In this document: in pieces, positions 1 through 12,137 of the stretch | How the letters are laid out: each line of letters begins with the position of its first letter | Position numbering within the stretch: position 1 is the stretch's first letter | From: Basidiobolus ranarum | Taxonomy: Eukaryota | Reading direction: 5' to 3' | NCBI GenBank assembly: GCA_040143965.1 | Contig: JASJQH010006927.1 | Span: 1-37,901, forward strand | Length of the DNA stretch: 37,901 bases | Translations under genes and position numbers: made by a program | Notes under the pieces: model-generated | What the model saw: only the letters and a program-made list of their open reading frames with translations | The model's database searches: none | What the model was told of the DNA's origin: nothing

Positions 1-81
1 TTCATGGATTTGATATTTGTTTCATAACAAAAGTTAACTAAGATGTTAAATAAAGGTTAACTATCTAACAAACTACTGTAG

Positions 82-250
82 TGCTGAGTTATTTTGGGAG
101 CTGTTGCAAGTGATTTGGAGAGCTGGAGAATTTGGTGTTCTTCATGTATTGAATAATTGAGTGTTGTATGACATTTAAACTTTTGTTTTGAAGTAAGCAA
201 ACCAGCATATATATATATATATAGGTACTTGAGCTATGTGGCTTTCAACA
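82..250 (-). mobile_element. Short/degenerate LTR derivative of the copia family seen at 287-635
   Basis: Begins TGCTGAG and ends TTTCAACA. The first ~120 nt (ttattttgggagctgttgcaagtgatttggagagctggagaatttggtg...) align by eye with the start of 287-635. It contains an (AT)n tract at ~207-223. No target-site duplication is seen (tgtag vs gtttc). Confidence 0.6.
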
Positions 251-286
251 GTTTCAATTTAACTTCTTGAGATTGCACCTTGGTTG

Positions 287-635
287 TGTTAAAGTATTTT
301 GGGAGCCAGTTGGAAGTGGTTCGTAGAACTAGAGAAATTGGTGATTTTCACTTATTGATTTAATGAGTATTCAGTTGTTATTTAGAGTTTTGTCAAGACA
401 TAAACAAGCTAATGTATAAAGTGTGTTAAGAAAATTCTTGGGAGCATTTGTGCAAAGTCTGAGGCTTCTAACACAAGTTTGAAAAATCTAGTTTTCGGAG
501 AACTTCTAAGTTGGTGTCAATATTCCGAGTAAATTCCAATATCGAATAATGGGTAATATCTTAGTGGAACATAGGACAACTAAATACTAAGCTATATATG
601 ACTATATATGTGTTTAGATAATGCTAATTTCAACA
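287..635 (-). mobile_element. Solo LTR of a Ty1/copia retrotransposon
   Basis: TGTTAAAG...TTTCAACA termini. It is the reverse complement of the LTR at 36848-37186, which precedes PBS and gag. Flanks GGTTG (282-286) and GGTTA (636-640) match 4/5, consistent with a 5-bp TSD. Confidence 0.85.
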
Positions 636-882
636 GGTTATACTTTAAAATAACAAAATCAATTCTGCTTTCAATGCAGAATTCCTATTGTGGTTTAGAA
701 AAAATGATTGAAAGAAAGCAACAGATATTCTAGAACATTTTATTTCTGATTATTTGTTTGAGAAAATTGAAAGAATGCAAAGATACAAAGAGTAGAGAAT
801 CTATGTAGAGATCTTTATGTTATACTATACTAATGTAAGGGGGGTTTAAGTAAATTACTAAATGAATTATTGACACCACCAA

Positions 883-3800
883 CTACCAAGCCACTTTGGC
901 AATAATACCATTAGGGAAAGTGCGTACCAGCAACTTACGAATCTCATCAGCAAACAGGATACCCAAGGCTAAAGGAAGAGGAATGAGCCAGTACTTGATG
1001 GGTACAGGTGCGGTATTGAATAGAGTATTGATGAAGGGAGTTTCGGTGACAAAGATAGCCATGATAAGAGAACAGAAACAACCAACAAAGATCCAGAGAT
1101 TGCGACGGTTAGGGCGAATAGGATCGGCTTGCAAAATGGACAATCTGCGGTTTCGGATAGAAAGGATATTACCCCATTGCAAGAGCACAAGAGTTATAAA
1201 GGTCACACATTGGCCGTTGTTTACCATAGCGTTCCATGAACTGCTACTGTCATTGTACATTTCTGTAGTGACACCATCTGGGAATGCAAAGGTCTTTCCA
1301 CTAGGTGGGCCGTATGTGAAGGCAAGATCGTACCAGCTGTAACCAGAAACTTCTTTAAAGTAGGTGAAGAACATCGCTTCGGAACAGATGGTCATCAATG
1401 AACCCATAAAGCTAGAGTAAACAAGAAAATAGTTTAGCGAATGATTTTGGGAATGAGTTTGAGAAAAGGATCTCCTAAACGACTTACATATAGGATTGAA
1501 GATAAATCTTCGCGTTAATAAGATGCTCTTTCTTCGCATTACGAGGGGGAAGTGCCAATAGATCATACTCTTCTCGCTCCATGATCAGAGATAAGCAAGG
1601 GAACAGATCGGTGAAACAGCAAATGATAATCATTAGGAAAGAGCTTAAAGGTAGTGGGGTACCAAAGAACATATTGATAAGTACTGGCCAAATCTCCGAC
1701 CAACTTCCAGCAGGCAAGAGGTAACCGATCACCTTTTGCAGGTTCTGGAATACGAGGCGCCCCAACCGGATAGCTTCCGTAATAGAGTCAAATTTATCCA
1801 ATAACACCAAGTCGGCCGCCTCGATGGCAACATCACTACCAGAAACAACGGCAACGCCAACATCAGCTGCTTTGAGTGCAGGGGCATCATTTACACCATC
1901 ACCAGTCACTGCGACAATGAAATCCCGCTTCTGAAACTCGGTCACAATCTTCAATTTCTGTTCAGGTGTGGTACGAGCGAATACGATTTCTTCATAGCGA
2001 CATACACGATCCCAATCAGAATTACCCAGTTTTTGAATATCAGTGCCAGTCAACAATAGACTTGTTACACTGCCAAACTTTGTCTCGAGATCACGCTCAT
2101 CGATATTAACCACATTATCAAAAACGTCCGGTTCGCGAAGACCAGTGAAGATTCCAATTTCGCGGGCAATGGCAGCCGCAGTCAAGCCAAAATCGCCAGT
2201 AACCATGAAGAAACGAGCACCAGCTTTACGGCATGATTCCACGGTATGCTTTGTTTCTGGGCGAGGGGGATCCATAATACCAACAAGACCAATTATCGTC
2301 AGGTCTCTTACAGCATCACTAATGATCTCATCTTGGAAGCCATTGGTATTACGAGGGCATTTGGCCGTGTAAAAGCGGCGGCATAAGACAAGAACACGTT
2401 GGCCGTTGCTGGACCATTTCTTCTGAATGGTCTCCAGTGCCAAAGAGGCCTCCAAAGTGAGTTCTACATCTTCTCCAGTTTCGGCGGACATAGCGAATCG
2501 GCAGCGTGGCAAAAGAACATCAGGTGCACCTTTAACCAAAATGAGGGACTCCTCGGTTTTGCCGTAAACCTGCTCCATGACTTGATGATCACCACTTGCT
2601 TCGAACATGGATAACATCCATTTGTTTTTGGAGTTGAAGGGAATGTCAAAGACGCGTTCAAAATTTGGGAATATATCTGCAGAGGGAGTGATTTGTTCAG
2701 CAAATCGAAGCAGAGCACAATCGGTTGCATCACCATTCACTAGGCGATCAGCCACAGGGCGGTCCATGGTAGTATGATCAAATGTAGCATTGTTACAGAG
2801 TAAAGAAGCGAATTGAAGTTGACGATAGGCCTTCGCCTCGTTGGTTGTAGGTTCACGAACGATCGTATTACGGCATTCATCAGAATTAGATTCTTTATCG
2901 AAAAAGCCTACGGAGGTGACAAACATTTTGTTTTGAGTGAGGGTACCAGTCTTGTCAGAGCAGATGACATTTACACATCCCAGAGTTTCTACAGTTGTAA
3001 GTGCCTTGGGTAAGATGTTGTTTTGCTTCATTCTCACGGCTATCATAGATAATGCCAAGGCAACACCAACAGGCATGCCCTCAGGAATGAAAGCAACAAC
3101 GCATCCCATCAGGTTTACCAACAGTTGAGAGGTATTCATAAAATCGTAGTGGTCTTTTCTAAGCCAACTAATTGAGAAAATAAACACCTATTAGAATGAT
3201 TAAATTTGGATCGGTGAGTTATTCAGATACTTACACTCCCCAAGTGAGGGCCATGGTACCTGCTAGGCACACCGTCAATGATACGATAATTTTCACAAAG
3301 CGATCAATCTCTCTCTGGATCAAAGGTTTCTTCTCTCCTTTAGCGGAAGTCAATTTTGATATACGTCCCATGACGGTATTACCACCTGTCATTACAACAA
3401 CACCAGCTCCACTACCGTTGACAACATGGGTACCCATGAGAGCCATGTTCCTAGATTCCAAGAAATTCTCATCAGTGTTGTCTACACTCCCTTCGATGGC
3501 TTCACTTTCACCAGTGAGAACAGAACGGTCAAACTTCATATCATTGGAAATCTTAAGGAGACGAATATCGGCGGGAACTTTGTTACCAAGTTTAAGTAAG
3601 ACAATATCACCCACAACTAAGTCAGAAGCTGGCATTTTCTGTGGGGAGCCATCGCGCAAGACAAGGCACTCAGCCGGAATCATGTTGAGGATAGACTTCA
3701 TCACACGACTAGTGGACCAATCTTGAAATGCTGAGAAAGAGGCTTGGAAGAAGATAACAATGATCTAAATAAGGTTCTTGATTAATTCAAGTGTTGTGGA

Positions 3801-4338
3801 TATTGAGAAGAACGAAATAGATACTTACGATAAGAAATGCTAAAGCAAAGTTGGTGACATTGAATCCGGTGGTACTAACAGGAGGATAAGCACAGAGAAA
3901 GAAAGTCATGACTCCGATCCATAGGACAGAACAGAAACCGCCGAAAACGTATCTAAGCAGCTTCTTGATGTAACTTGGACTTGGCTGATGAAGAGTATTA
4001 TGACCATTACGGTCCAGGCGCTTCTTAGCTGCGATCGAATCTAAACCAAGATCCTGGACAGTACCAAATCGGACGCAAATATTGTCGGTTGACAGTTTGT
4101 GATAATCCAAGGAGGCGAAGTATTCAGTATCGTCCTTAGGACCCTCTTCTTCTGGAGAAATTTTCTTCGAATCAGTCACTCGAAGAGAAAGAGTACGGAA
4201 AGCAATAGGTAAGGCAATGGCATCATTGTCGCTACCTATTCTAGTAGGAATCTGGGACTGCGGGGCCGGAGAGACTTGAGCATTACTGAATTGTATGCGA
4301 GATTTCGCCTCACCTAATTCAAGATCGTTTGGAGCCAT
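883..4338 (-). CDS. P-type cation ATPase, Na+/K+-ATPase-like fungal ACU type (~1082 aa, 4 exons)
   Basis: Exons 4338-3829, 3764-3235, 3167-1488 and 1411-883 join in frame through GT-AG introns. Motifs: LTGES, VAFIPEG, DKTGTLT (phospho-Asp), FNSKNK, KGAPD, DPPR, VTGD, TGDGVNDAPALKAAD. The subfamily call rests on recalled similarity (YLLPAGSWSE in M5). Confidence 0.92.
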
Positions 4339-4701
4339 GTGCTGTAGAGAGTGATCTGAATACTGTATGAGACCTAAATGTCATGGCAGTTATATACTAC
4401 CAGTTTGTTTCTCAGCAATACAGTTCCAGCAAAAATATTGGAGTAGAATTTTTGCTGGCTGAGGATAGAAGATAGCATCAGTTCAGTAAATAGAGCAACA
4501 CATAATTCATTATGCTAACCGCCCAAAATGGATAACCATATGGCATGATGAATATAAAGTAGCCTTGTGTTACCAACATGGTTTGAACTGGACATAGTTT
4601 GAACGGAGGGTACGGAGTGTTCTCAGCAATTGTAACCTTCGTATTACATTCCAGAAATGGACGCTATCTTTGCATATGGCAAAGAGAAACCGTTTCCAGT
4701 C

Positions 4702-4785
4702 TTTGTATTGAGTTTAATTAATTGTTCATTTACTTTATTTATTTGTATTGAGTTAGTTGAATCAATTGTTCATGTATTTTATTTG
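4702..4785. repeat. Degenerate ~40-bp tandem duplication in the divergent promoter region
   Basis: tttgtattgagtt...aattgttcat...tttattt occurs at 4702-4741 and again at 4742-4785. Confidence 0.7.
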
Positions 4786-4793
4786 TGGGGGGG

Positions 4794-5029
4794 AACCCTA
4801 ACCCTAATCGATAGAGTTTAGGAATCCTGTTTCTCATTTACGACATTGGTGAAATGGTCTGTGCGCGCCATATTGCTGCTGCATATGTTTGCCTATTACT
4901 GCTCCCTACAGTATTCATCTACAGTATCCACCTGTGGTCAACATTTGATGCCAACTCGATCAACCATGGCTAATTTCAATTAATCGAATGGTCATCAATC
5001 TGGAATAAGTACCCAAGCCCTAACCCTAA
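4794..5029. promoter_or_regulatory. Two (CCCTAA)2 telomere-like motifs in the ATPase/LTN1 divergent promoter
   Basis: AACCCTAACCCTAA at 4794-4807 and CCCTAACCCTAA at 5018-5029. A regulatory role is inferred, not shown. Confidence 0.4.
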
Positions 5030-5305
5030 GCGTTGAACTTGAACAATCTCAACATAGTCAGTCATTATGGTTTTAATTAATCAACACTGCTAATGCTGAC
5101 TTTAATTCTTGTATGCTTTGAAAATACTCCATCGTTTGAATAAAAACTCTGATATTACCCAATATGGTAATGCTCGTAAAATACGCAATGTCGTCTCCCT
5201 TTGATGGAGATATAGATTTTCGCTAACCATAGGGATAAGCGATAGGTGAAGTATTGCCTGAGATATACTAGAAACGTAGTGCAATTCTTATTTTCTTTAT
5301 AAACA

Positions 5306-8300
5306 ATGGTAAAGAAAAGTAATCAAACACAACGAGTAAAAGGCAATTTAAAGCCTACTAGTAGTAGGTATTGTAATCTTCACTTTCGATACGGTTAAAC
5401 CATCTTTAGGCTGATTATCTCTTTTTAGCCGTGCTGCTGAATTATCGGCCACTGGAACTTTTGGTAATCTACCAGCGAGTACCAACATTGGTTTCAGTCA
5501 TTTTTCAACTGATAATAATGGACCTGAACCTGAGTTCCTTGGTGGAGAGATTGGTGTGATTTTCAAAAGATTATCCAAAAGAGATACCACTACCAAATTA
5601 AAGGCTTTGGAAGATTTGGAAACTTATGTTAAAACAAGCGACGCAGAAATTTTACTGGAAGCATTTCAGGCTTGGGTAAGCGGTAACTTACTTGCGGAGT
5701 TGGTCAATCCGGTACTAACTATTCTTTTTGTAGCCTAAAGTGTATTCTAGAAATTCGATCGAAATTGACCGACGGGTTCGCGCAACTATCAATGGGATCC
5801 ACTTACTATTTGTACAAAAGTTAAAAAAGAAGATCGCTCCAACTTTAAAAGAGTTCATAGGTCCCTGGGTTTGTTCTTTCTTCGATCCAAGCAAAGATGT
5901 ATCTAGAATTGCTTTGGAATCCTTTCAAGTGAGTTAATTAGTACAACTGGTTATTCCGAAGGTTTAGATAGTTGTTAAACATTTTTCTCTTTTGTATAGA
6001 CCGCCTTTCCACCTTCCAAACGTAGTGAAGTTTTTGGTTTTTGTCAGGCTTCCTTATTAGACTATATCACAGAAAACATCTTAGAAAAGACACCGGAAAC
6101 CTTGAGTATGAATGAGATCTTAAATTCCTTGGTTAAAGTTACAGAGCATTAACGTTTTGCGCAGGTGATCCACGATTCACTTCTAAAGAAGATACGGCCG
6201 CCAAATACGGAAGAGTCATTTCCAGCTCATTCTATGCCCTTGGTCATCTTTTGGGTCGGTAGAACATCAAGATTTGAATCTCTAGTATACAATTAACACA
6301 ATCATTATTCCGGATAATAGAGAATATTTCACCAAGTGATCTTGAGAAGCTTCAGCCCAAGTACAACCACCTATTAGATGCCACCAAAATGTGGCAGTTC
6401 TTTACGCATGAGAATCCGTTGATTCGCCGCTCCTGCTACAGTCTGATTAAAACAGTGGTGACAAATTGTCCAGGTAAATAATAGGTGAATGTACAGGAAA
6501 GTGTTACTCTTTACTAAAAATATATTATTGTAGCTTTATTGGAAGTTCGATTAGAAATCAGCAGTGCTGCCTTCTTGGCTAAGGTCTTCCAGGATAAAGA
6601 TACAACCACACATTCTGAGATGTGGGATGCAATTCTACTTTACACCAAAGCATTCCCCCAAGCTTGGGTCTTGGCCGGTCGTAAGAAGCCCATGTTGCCC
6701 AAATTGTGGGCCTTCCTTCGTGCTGGAGGTTACGGCTCGATAAGCATATCTTTCCCTAGTTTGATTGCTCTTGTAGCTCATCTACCCCAAGAGCTCATAG
6801 AAGGAAAATTCTTCGAGGAGCTATTTAATAGTCTTTGGTCATCACTCCAAAGTGGACAAGTTGATAAGTCGAATTTTCACACATTTGTGGATACTTATTG
6901 TGAATGCCTTTACTATTTCCTTCTTCGATTTGGCCAAACTGACAAAGCTATCGGAGACTATTTGATTCGGGTTCAAGCAACCGAGCTAATTACCAGATAT
7001 TTAACACAGGAGCAGATTGGAGATATGAGTGTGGGAGTATCTAATCTTTTAGTCAAAATCTACTCGAATCCCAAGGCCCAAGAGCTTGGAAGTGAAATAT
7101 GGAAAGTTATTGAGGAGCTTATCATCAATACGATTACATCTGAGGAATTGCCCTCGAAGTCTAAAACTGATTTCGTGACTTTTTCAAAGAAAAGTGTTGA
7201 ACTTTTAGTTGCCTTATCACGCAAAGCCCAATCTGAGCAAGGGTCTTCCGAGATTTCGCAATTGATAAACAATTTGATGATGAAGGTATTATTGAGCAGT
7301 CTTGGTATGCTGAATCAAGAATGTAAGCACAAGGCCACTTTATGTGATGGCAGCTCTAGAATCATTCAAGAGCTGCTGCCAGATTCTCTTATCAGTTCCG
7401 ATGTGCAGAACTTTTTCACCGAGCAATTTCCAACTTTACTCTTGAAGCAAGAGGAACTTTCTTCAGTCTTATGCGACATATTCATTAGGTTCATCAAAAA
7501 GCTCGAAGAAGCCACAGTCAACACTGAGCTTATTATTCAACAACATTGGAGCAATCTGATTGATTTATTACTTGAATCAGAGAACAGTCCTCGTCAAGTG
7601 ATCTTGTTAAGCGACTTGTTTTCCAAGGCCGATGCAATTGGAATGCAAACAAGCATTTGCTCCGAGAAGCTGTCCAAATTCGTGGTTGCTGCTTTTCAAG
7701 GTTTCTTAAGTGAGCAAGAGCCAAATATTGCCACTGAAGCCTTAGTGACTGTTTGCCTGACACATCCAAGTAAGTTCAACTGAATTAAGTGGTATCATCA
7801 GTACGATCCCCTCATTAAAATCTCCCCAATTTTCAAGGACAATACATTGGTGACAGCGAGCAGGCAGAGATTATCCGAATGATTTCCGAGCGATTGAATG
7901 AATTCTCGGAACTTGAAGTGCATGGAGAGCACGTTTCGAAGCCCACTGAGGGCAAGATAATAAGCACGTTGCTCAGAATTCTCGATAAATCCTTCAGCCA
8001 AGAGCAATTCCTAAGAGATATTATTGATGTCTCGGATCCAATCCTCATTAACATCTTCCGAAACCAGTTTATTAAGCATGATCTAGACACACAAAACGAA
8101 GAAGACATCCAGAAGATTCGGAATCACGCTACCGAGTGTTGGAAGTCGGTGGTCAAGTTGAACTCAGAGTCTAGGATTTCGGATCAGAAAATCCATTTGC
8201 AATTGACGGATTTGTTGATATCTAATTTAAAGAAAGCTCTGCTTGATCCTCGCCATACGGATAGTCCAAATGACTTTGTAAGAAAAGCCAGTCAGATATT

Positions 8301-10838
8301 GTCGGATATATTCAATGGAGATTCTGGTTCGGCCAGTCCACTAGTAGAGAGTCTTTTGTTTGACGAAGCCTATTGGAATGACTTGGGCCGCTCTTTCGTT
8401 GACGCTCCTGTTAATCCAGCCTTAAGAATCATGGATCCATTACTCAACACCTTGATGGAAGCCAATGCTAATCGTACCAAGGATACTACTACGCCATACG
8501 ATATCTACGGGCTTAGTATTTTCGGTAGAGTATCGTTATTCGTTGTAGAGCTCTGGAAAGAAGTCGGACACGAAGTGGTTCTTCAATCAACAGGTGAACG
8601 TGTTTGGTTGTTGCTTCAATTAGTGATGGTACAGGTGTTGTGTAAACAGTCATTTGATGTTCGTCCTGAAGACTCCTGTCAGATTTGGACTAGCGACTCA
8701 CATGTTGCTGAAAATGTGTACGCTTTCCATGGGCTCATCGAAGATATATCTGCTATTATAAAGGAATTTATGGAATCTGTGGATGTTGAATTGGTCAAAG
8801 ACACCAAGTGGGTAGAACAGGTCAAGGGCGCCCTCATTAGGAGTTCTCCAGATGGAGTTCCACTTGACCCGTTAGGAGCTCTTGTATACTTGGCTTTACA
8901 AAAAAGTCACCAGTCTGGAAATCCTCAATGGGCGAAGGCCTTGGAGCAAATTCTATTCATACTCTCAAGCCATGTTGTATTGCCTGAACAATCTATTGAC
9001 GCTTGGCTAAATCTGATCCAAGACACTGATGTTCTTCAACTGCATATCAATACCAAATTAGCTATTCTTCAAGGATTGTCACCCGTTTTAGCTCGTTCCA
9101 GCTCCATTCGAAATATCATTATTGATTTGAACGAGCAACTTTCCGCAATGGTTGACCCATCCGAAGACGCTCTAAATCCTTTCGTAGTTTCTCTTTTAAC
9201 CACCGCCATGAACAGTCAAGTAACCATCCCTCAGCATGTTCTTACTAACATCCTTAAGGCCCTCAACCGATACTACGCAAATTCGGACAAGAGCTCCACG
9301 GAATTGAACACAGTTGTCGCTCAGCTACTTGGCTATATGGTTCCACAGTTCTTGGAAGTGACCGTTCCCATGTGGACTTCAATCTTAGAACTTGGCAGTC
9401 AATGGATCACGGTTAGTATACATAATATTCTTTCTAACGGACTCACTCTAACTTAACTTGCATGAAATAGAATGGATCAGATAAAGACCCTAAGGATTTG
9501 GCACTCAAGTACTATGCATTGAAGCTGATCCTCATTCTTCAAGATATGTCTGAAGAATATACGAACCTGAAGGAGGCGTGGAAGGCGGTTCAGCCCAAGA
9601 TTCATTCTAGTGTGTTAGAGATATTGATTCAATTAGAGACCGATGTTCCCAAGGCACCCGCATCGAGATATTTGGAGATTTTATCGGAGATTGGGATGGA
9701 AATCCCCCTGGAATTGCTGTTGTCCGTATCGAATGAGAGATTATACTCATTACTACGAGTACCCCATGAGTCAGTACAAAAGCTCGGTTACCATACGCTT
9801 AGATTGGTCACACTAGAGAACGTGCGAGAGACTTCGATCAACCTTGAACTAGACATGGACAATGAATTGGCCCCTGCCAAACTCCCAACTACTCTGATGG
9901 AACACTTGATCCATCCACCCAGTGTTGCTTCCTATCTATCTGGCGACGAAGAGCATTTCATCCATACATGCAACCTATTCGGGTACTTACTTGCATGGAT
10001 GAACATGTACGATCATTTCGAAGAATCCAGCTTCCAGGTCAAGTCTCACCACGTGGATCAATTGAGAGAAGTGGACGCATTACCTAAACTATTGGTGGTG
10101 ATCTTTGAATTGTTGGGATTAAATGGAAATGCAACATTTGATCTTAGCAAATGGAGAGTTGACTCGTTCCAAGTACAAGGATTGGATTACCAACATGATT
10201 TCGGACTTCAATTGTTAGCTGGTCATGTTTATTTCAGGACTTTGATGAGCACTCCTTCTTTGGTGCGTAGTTGGTGGATTGAGTCAAGGAATCGACAATT
10301 AAATCTGTTGGTTGACACTTATACCGAGAAATATTTCAGTGAAATGATTATTCAGGAAGAACTGCAACAAATTCAGAGAGATGACGTGAAATCTCAGCTG
10401 GAAGATGACAACATGGGCATTAGAATCAGCAGAACTAACGACGTTACCGCCACCTACAAGATCGATGACACTTCGTTGGAGATGGTGATACGGCTCCCTA
10501 CTAACTTCCCATTACGTCAAGTTGATGTGGAAGGTACACGCAGAGTGGCAGTTACCGAAGCCAGATGGAGAAGTTGGCTACTAGCGGTCACCTCGGTCAT
10601 TGTATCCCAAAATGGCTCGATTCTAGATGCGTTGACTTTGTTCAAGAGAAACATCTCGTTACACTTCGAGGGAGTTGAAGACTGTACCATTTGTTACTCG
10701 GTGGTAGGAGTGATCGACCGTTCACTACCAACTAGACAGTGTAAAACATGCAAGAATAAGTTCCATTCTGCGTGTCTGTTCAAATGGTTCCGTACCAGCA
10801 ATCAATCTACATGTCCACTTTGTCGTAATTTATTCTAA
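5306..10838 (+). CDS. LTN1: E3 ubiquitin ligase listerin (ribosome quality control), 9 exons
   Basis: N-terminus MVKKSNQTQRVKGNLKPTSSSRAAEL and KRLSKRDTTTKLKAL match the listerin N-domain. A long helical middle is followed by an RWD-like region (LPTNFPL) and a C-terminal RING CTIC...CKTCKNKFHSACLFKWF...CPLCR. Eight GT-AG introns restore one frame. Confidence 0.95.
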
Positions 10839-11121
10839 TTTCCACCTTTTCCTCCTCAAATGACTTCATGTTGGCTAAAGAGAAATCAATACACAGGCAA
10901 ACAGTTCATGTACATTTCCAATCTAATTTAAGCTTCAATAAAGTGAACATCATATACACATCGACCCATTTGTAGCGTGAACTTCATCCATACCATTTAT
11001 TGTCACGTTAAGAACGATCACGTACCAAAATCTTGTTCAAAAAATCATCTAATAACTGTAAAAGGGGTGTTGAGAAAAGGAGAAGCAATTATTTACAATG
11101 AAAAAGAAAAAGGGTGCGAAT

Positions 11122-11839
11122 CTAATTAATGACCGACATGAATCGATTCAACTGAGTTTGTAAAGTTGCTAATCTCTCTGCCAACTGTTTCTTGGCATCT
11201 TCACTTAAATTTTTAATGGCAGTTGGTGATTGAGTTGGATCCAATTCCAACACATTTCCACTTCCGAGTGATACAGATATTAGAGATTTGGAAGGTGGTT
11301 CAGAAGGTAACTGCTTTTTGGTTCTCTTAGCGGGTTTTTTAACGGGGTTTTTGTTTCGTTTAGAACGGCGTAAAGGTTCAATATCTTCTTCACTGGAAAT
11401 TGGTTTCTCTTTAGTTTCAGTGGTGATTATTGGCTCACTCTCGGTGAAGATGGTGGGTTTTATTTCTTCCTCTTCTTCTTGAAGGAACGGATTCACCACC
11501 TCTTCTGAGGTTTGGGGCGAAGGAAGAGGTTTGTTAGCTGCAAACTTGGTAGCAAGGAATTCCTTTAGTGTGAGTGCACGTACACTTTTAGGTAGTTTAT
11601 TAATCTCAAGTTCACCCAAGAATAACAACGACGTGCACAATTGTCCAGTTGAAAGTACCAATTTATTACTACGTTTTTGCACTAAAGGGCAGGGTATTTA
11701 GTTAACTTTCTTGAAACAATGTTTACTTTAAAAACGTAGTAAAACCAATGTTACCTTCAGCTTCCAAGTCTTTGATAAACTGGGTTTTCTCTTCTGGTGA
11801 CAGGGAGGGTCTATTAGGAGGTATCGAAGTCTCCTCCAT
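11122..11839 (-). CDS. Borealin/Nbl1-like chromosomal passenger complex subunit (~214 aa, 2 exons)
   Basis: Exons 11839-11755 and 11681-11122. Spliced FIKDLEAEVQKR...EINKLPKSVRALTLKEF fits the Nbl1/Borealin N-terminal pattern. A low-complexity linker leads to a short C-terminal helix. Confidence 0.7.
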
Positions 11840-12137
11840 GGTTTTGAAAGAGGTGTATCTAGCTGGATATTGGTATAGTTCAAATACAAGTATCTTGGTT
11901 TAACAAAGCCTCATAGACGCGAGTTCTCAATCAGAAAATATGGGCGGTCAGGCTAAGATCAGAGCCTATCATCCCATTGTTTATTTGTTTTTGTTTGGAT
12001 CCTAATCAAATTAGAATTTATTGTATCTTATATATCGGAGATGTGCGGAATCATAGGTAAGTGAGAAACAACAAAGCCCACAATTAAATAAATAACAGTA
12101 ACTTGCTTGCAAGTAAGGGTGGGGGATGTTAGTGGGA

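Noticed and set aside
896..3726. Plus-strand ORFs (148, 109, 176 aa and others) overlapping the ATPase
   Set aside because: Antisense shadows of a well-supported gene, with no motifs of their own.
5102..5284. 60-aa minus-strand ORF in the LTN1 promoter
   Set aside because: Non-ATG start, short, and no recognisable domain.
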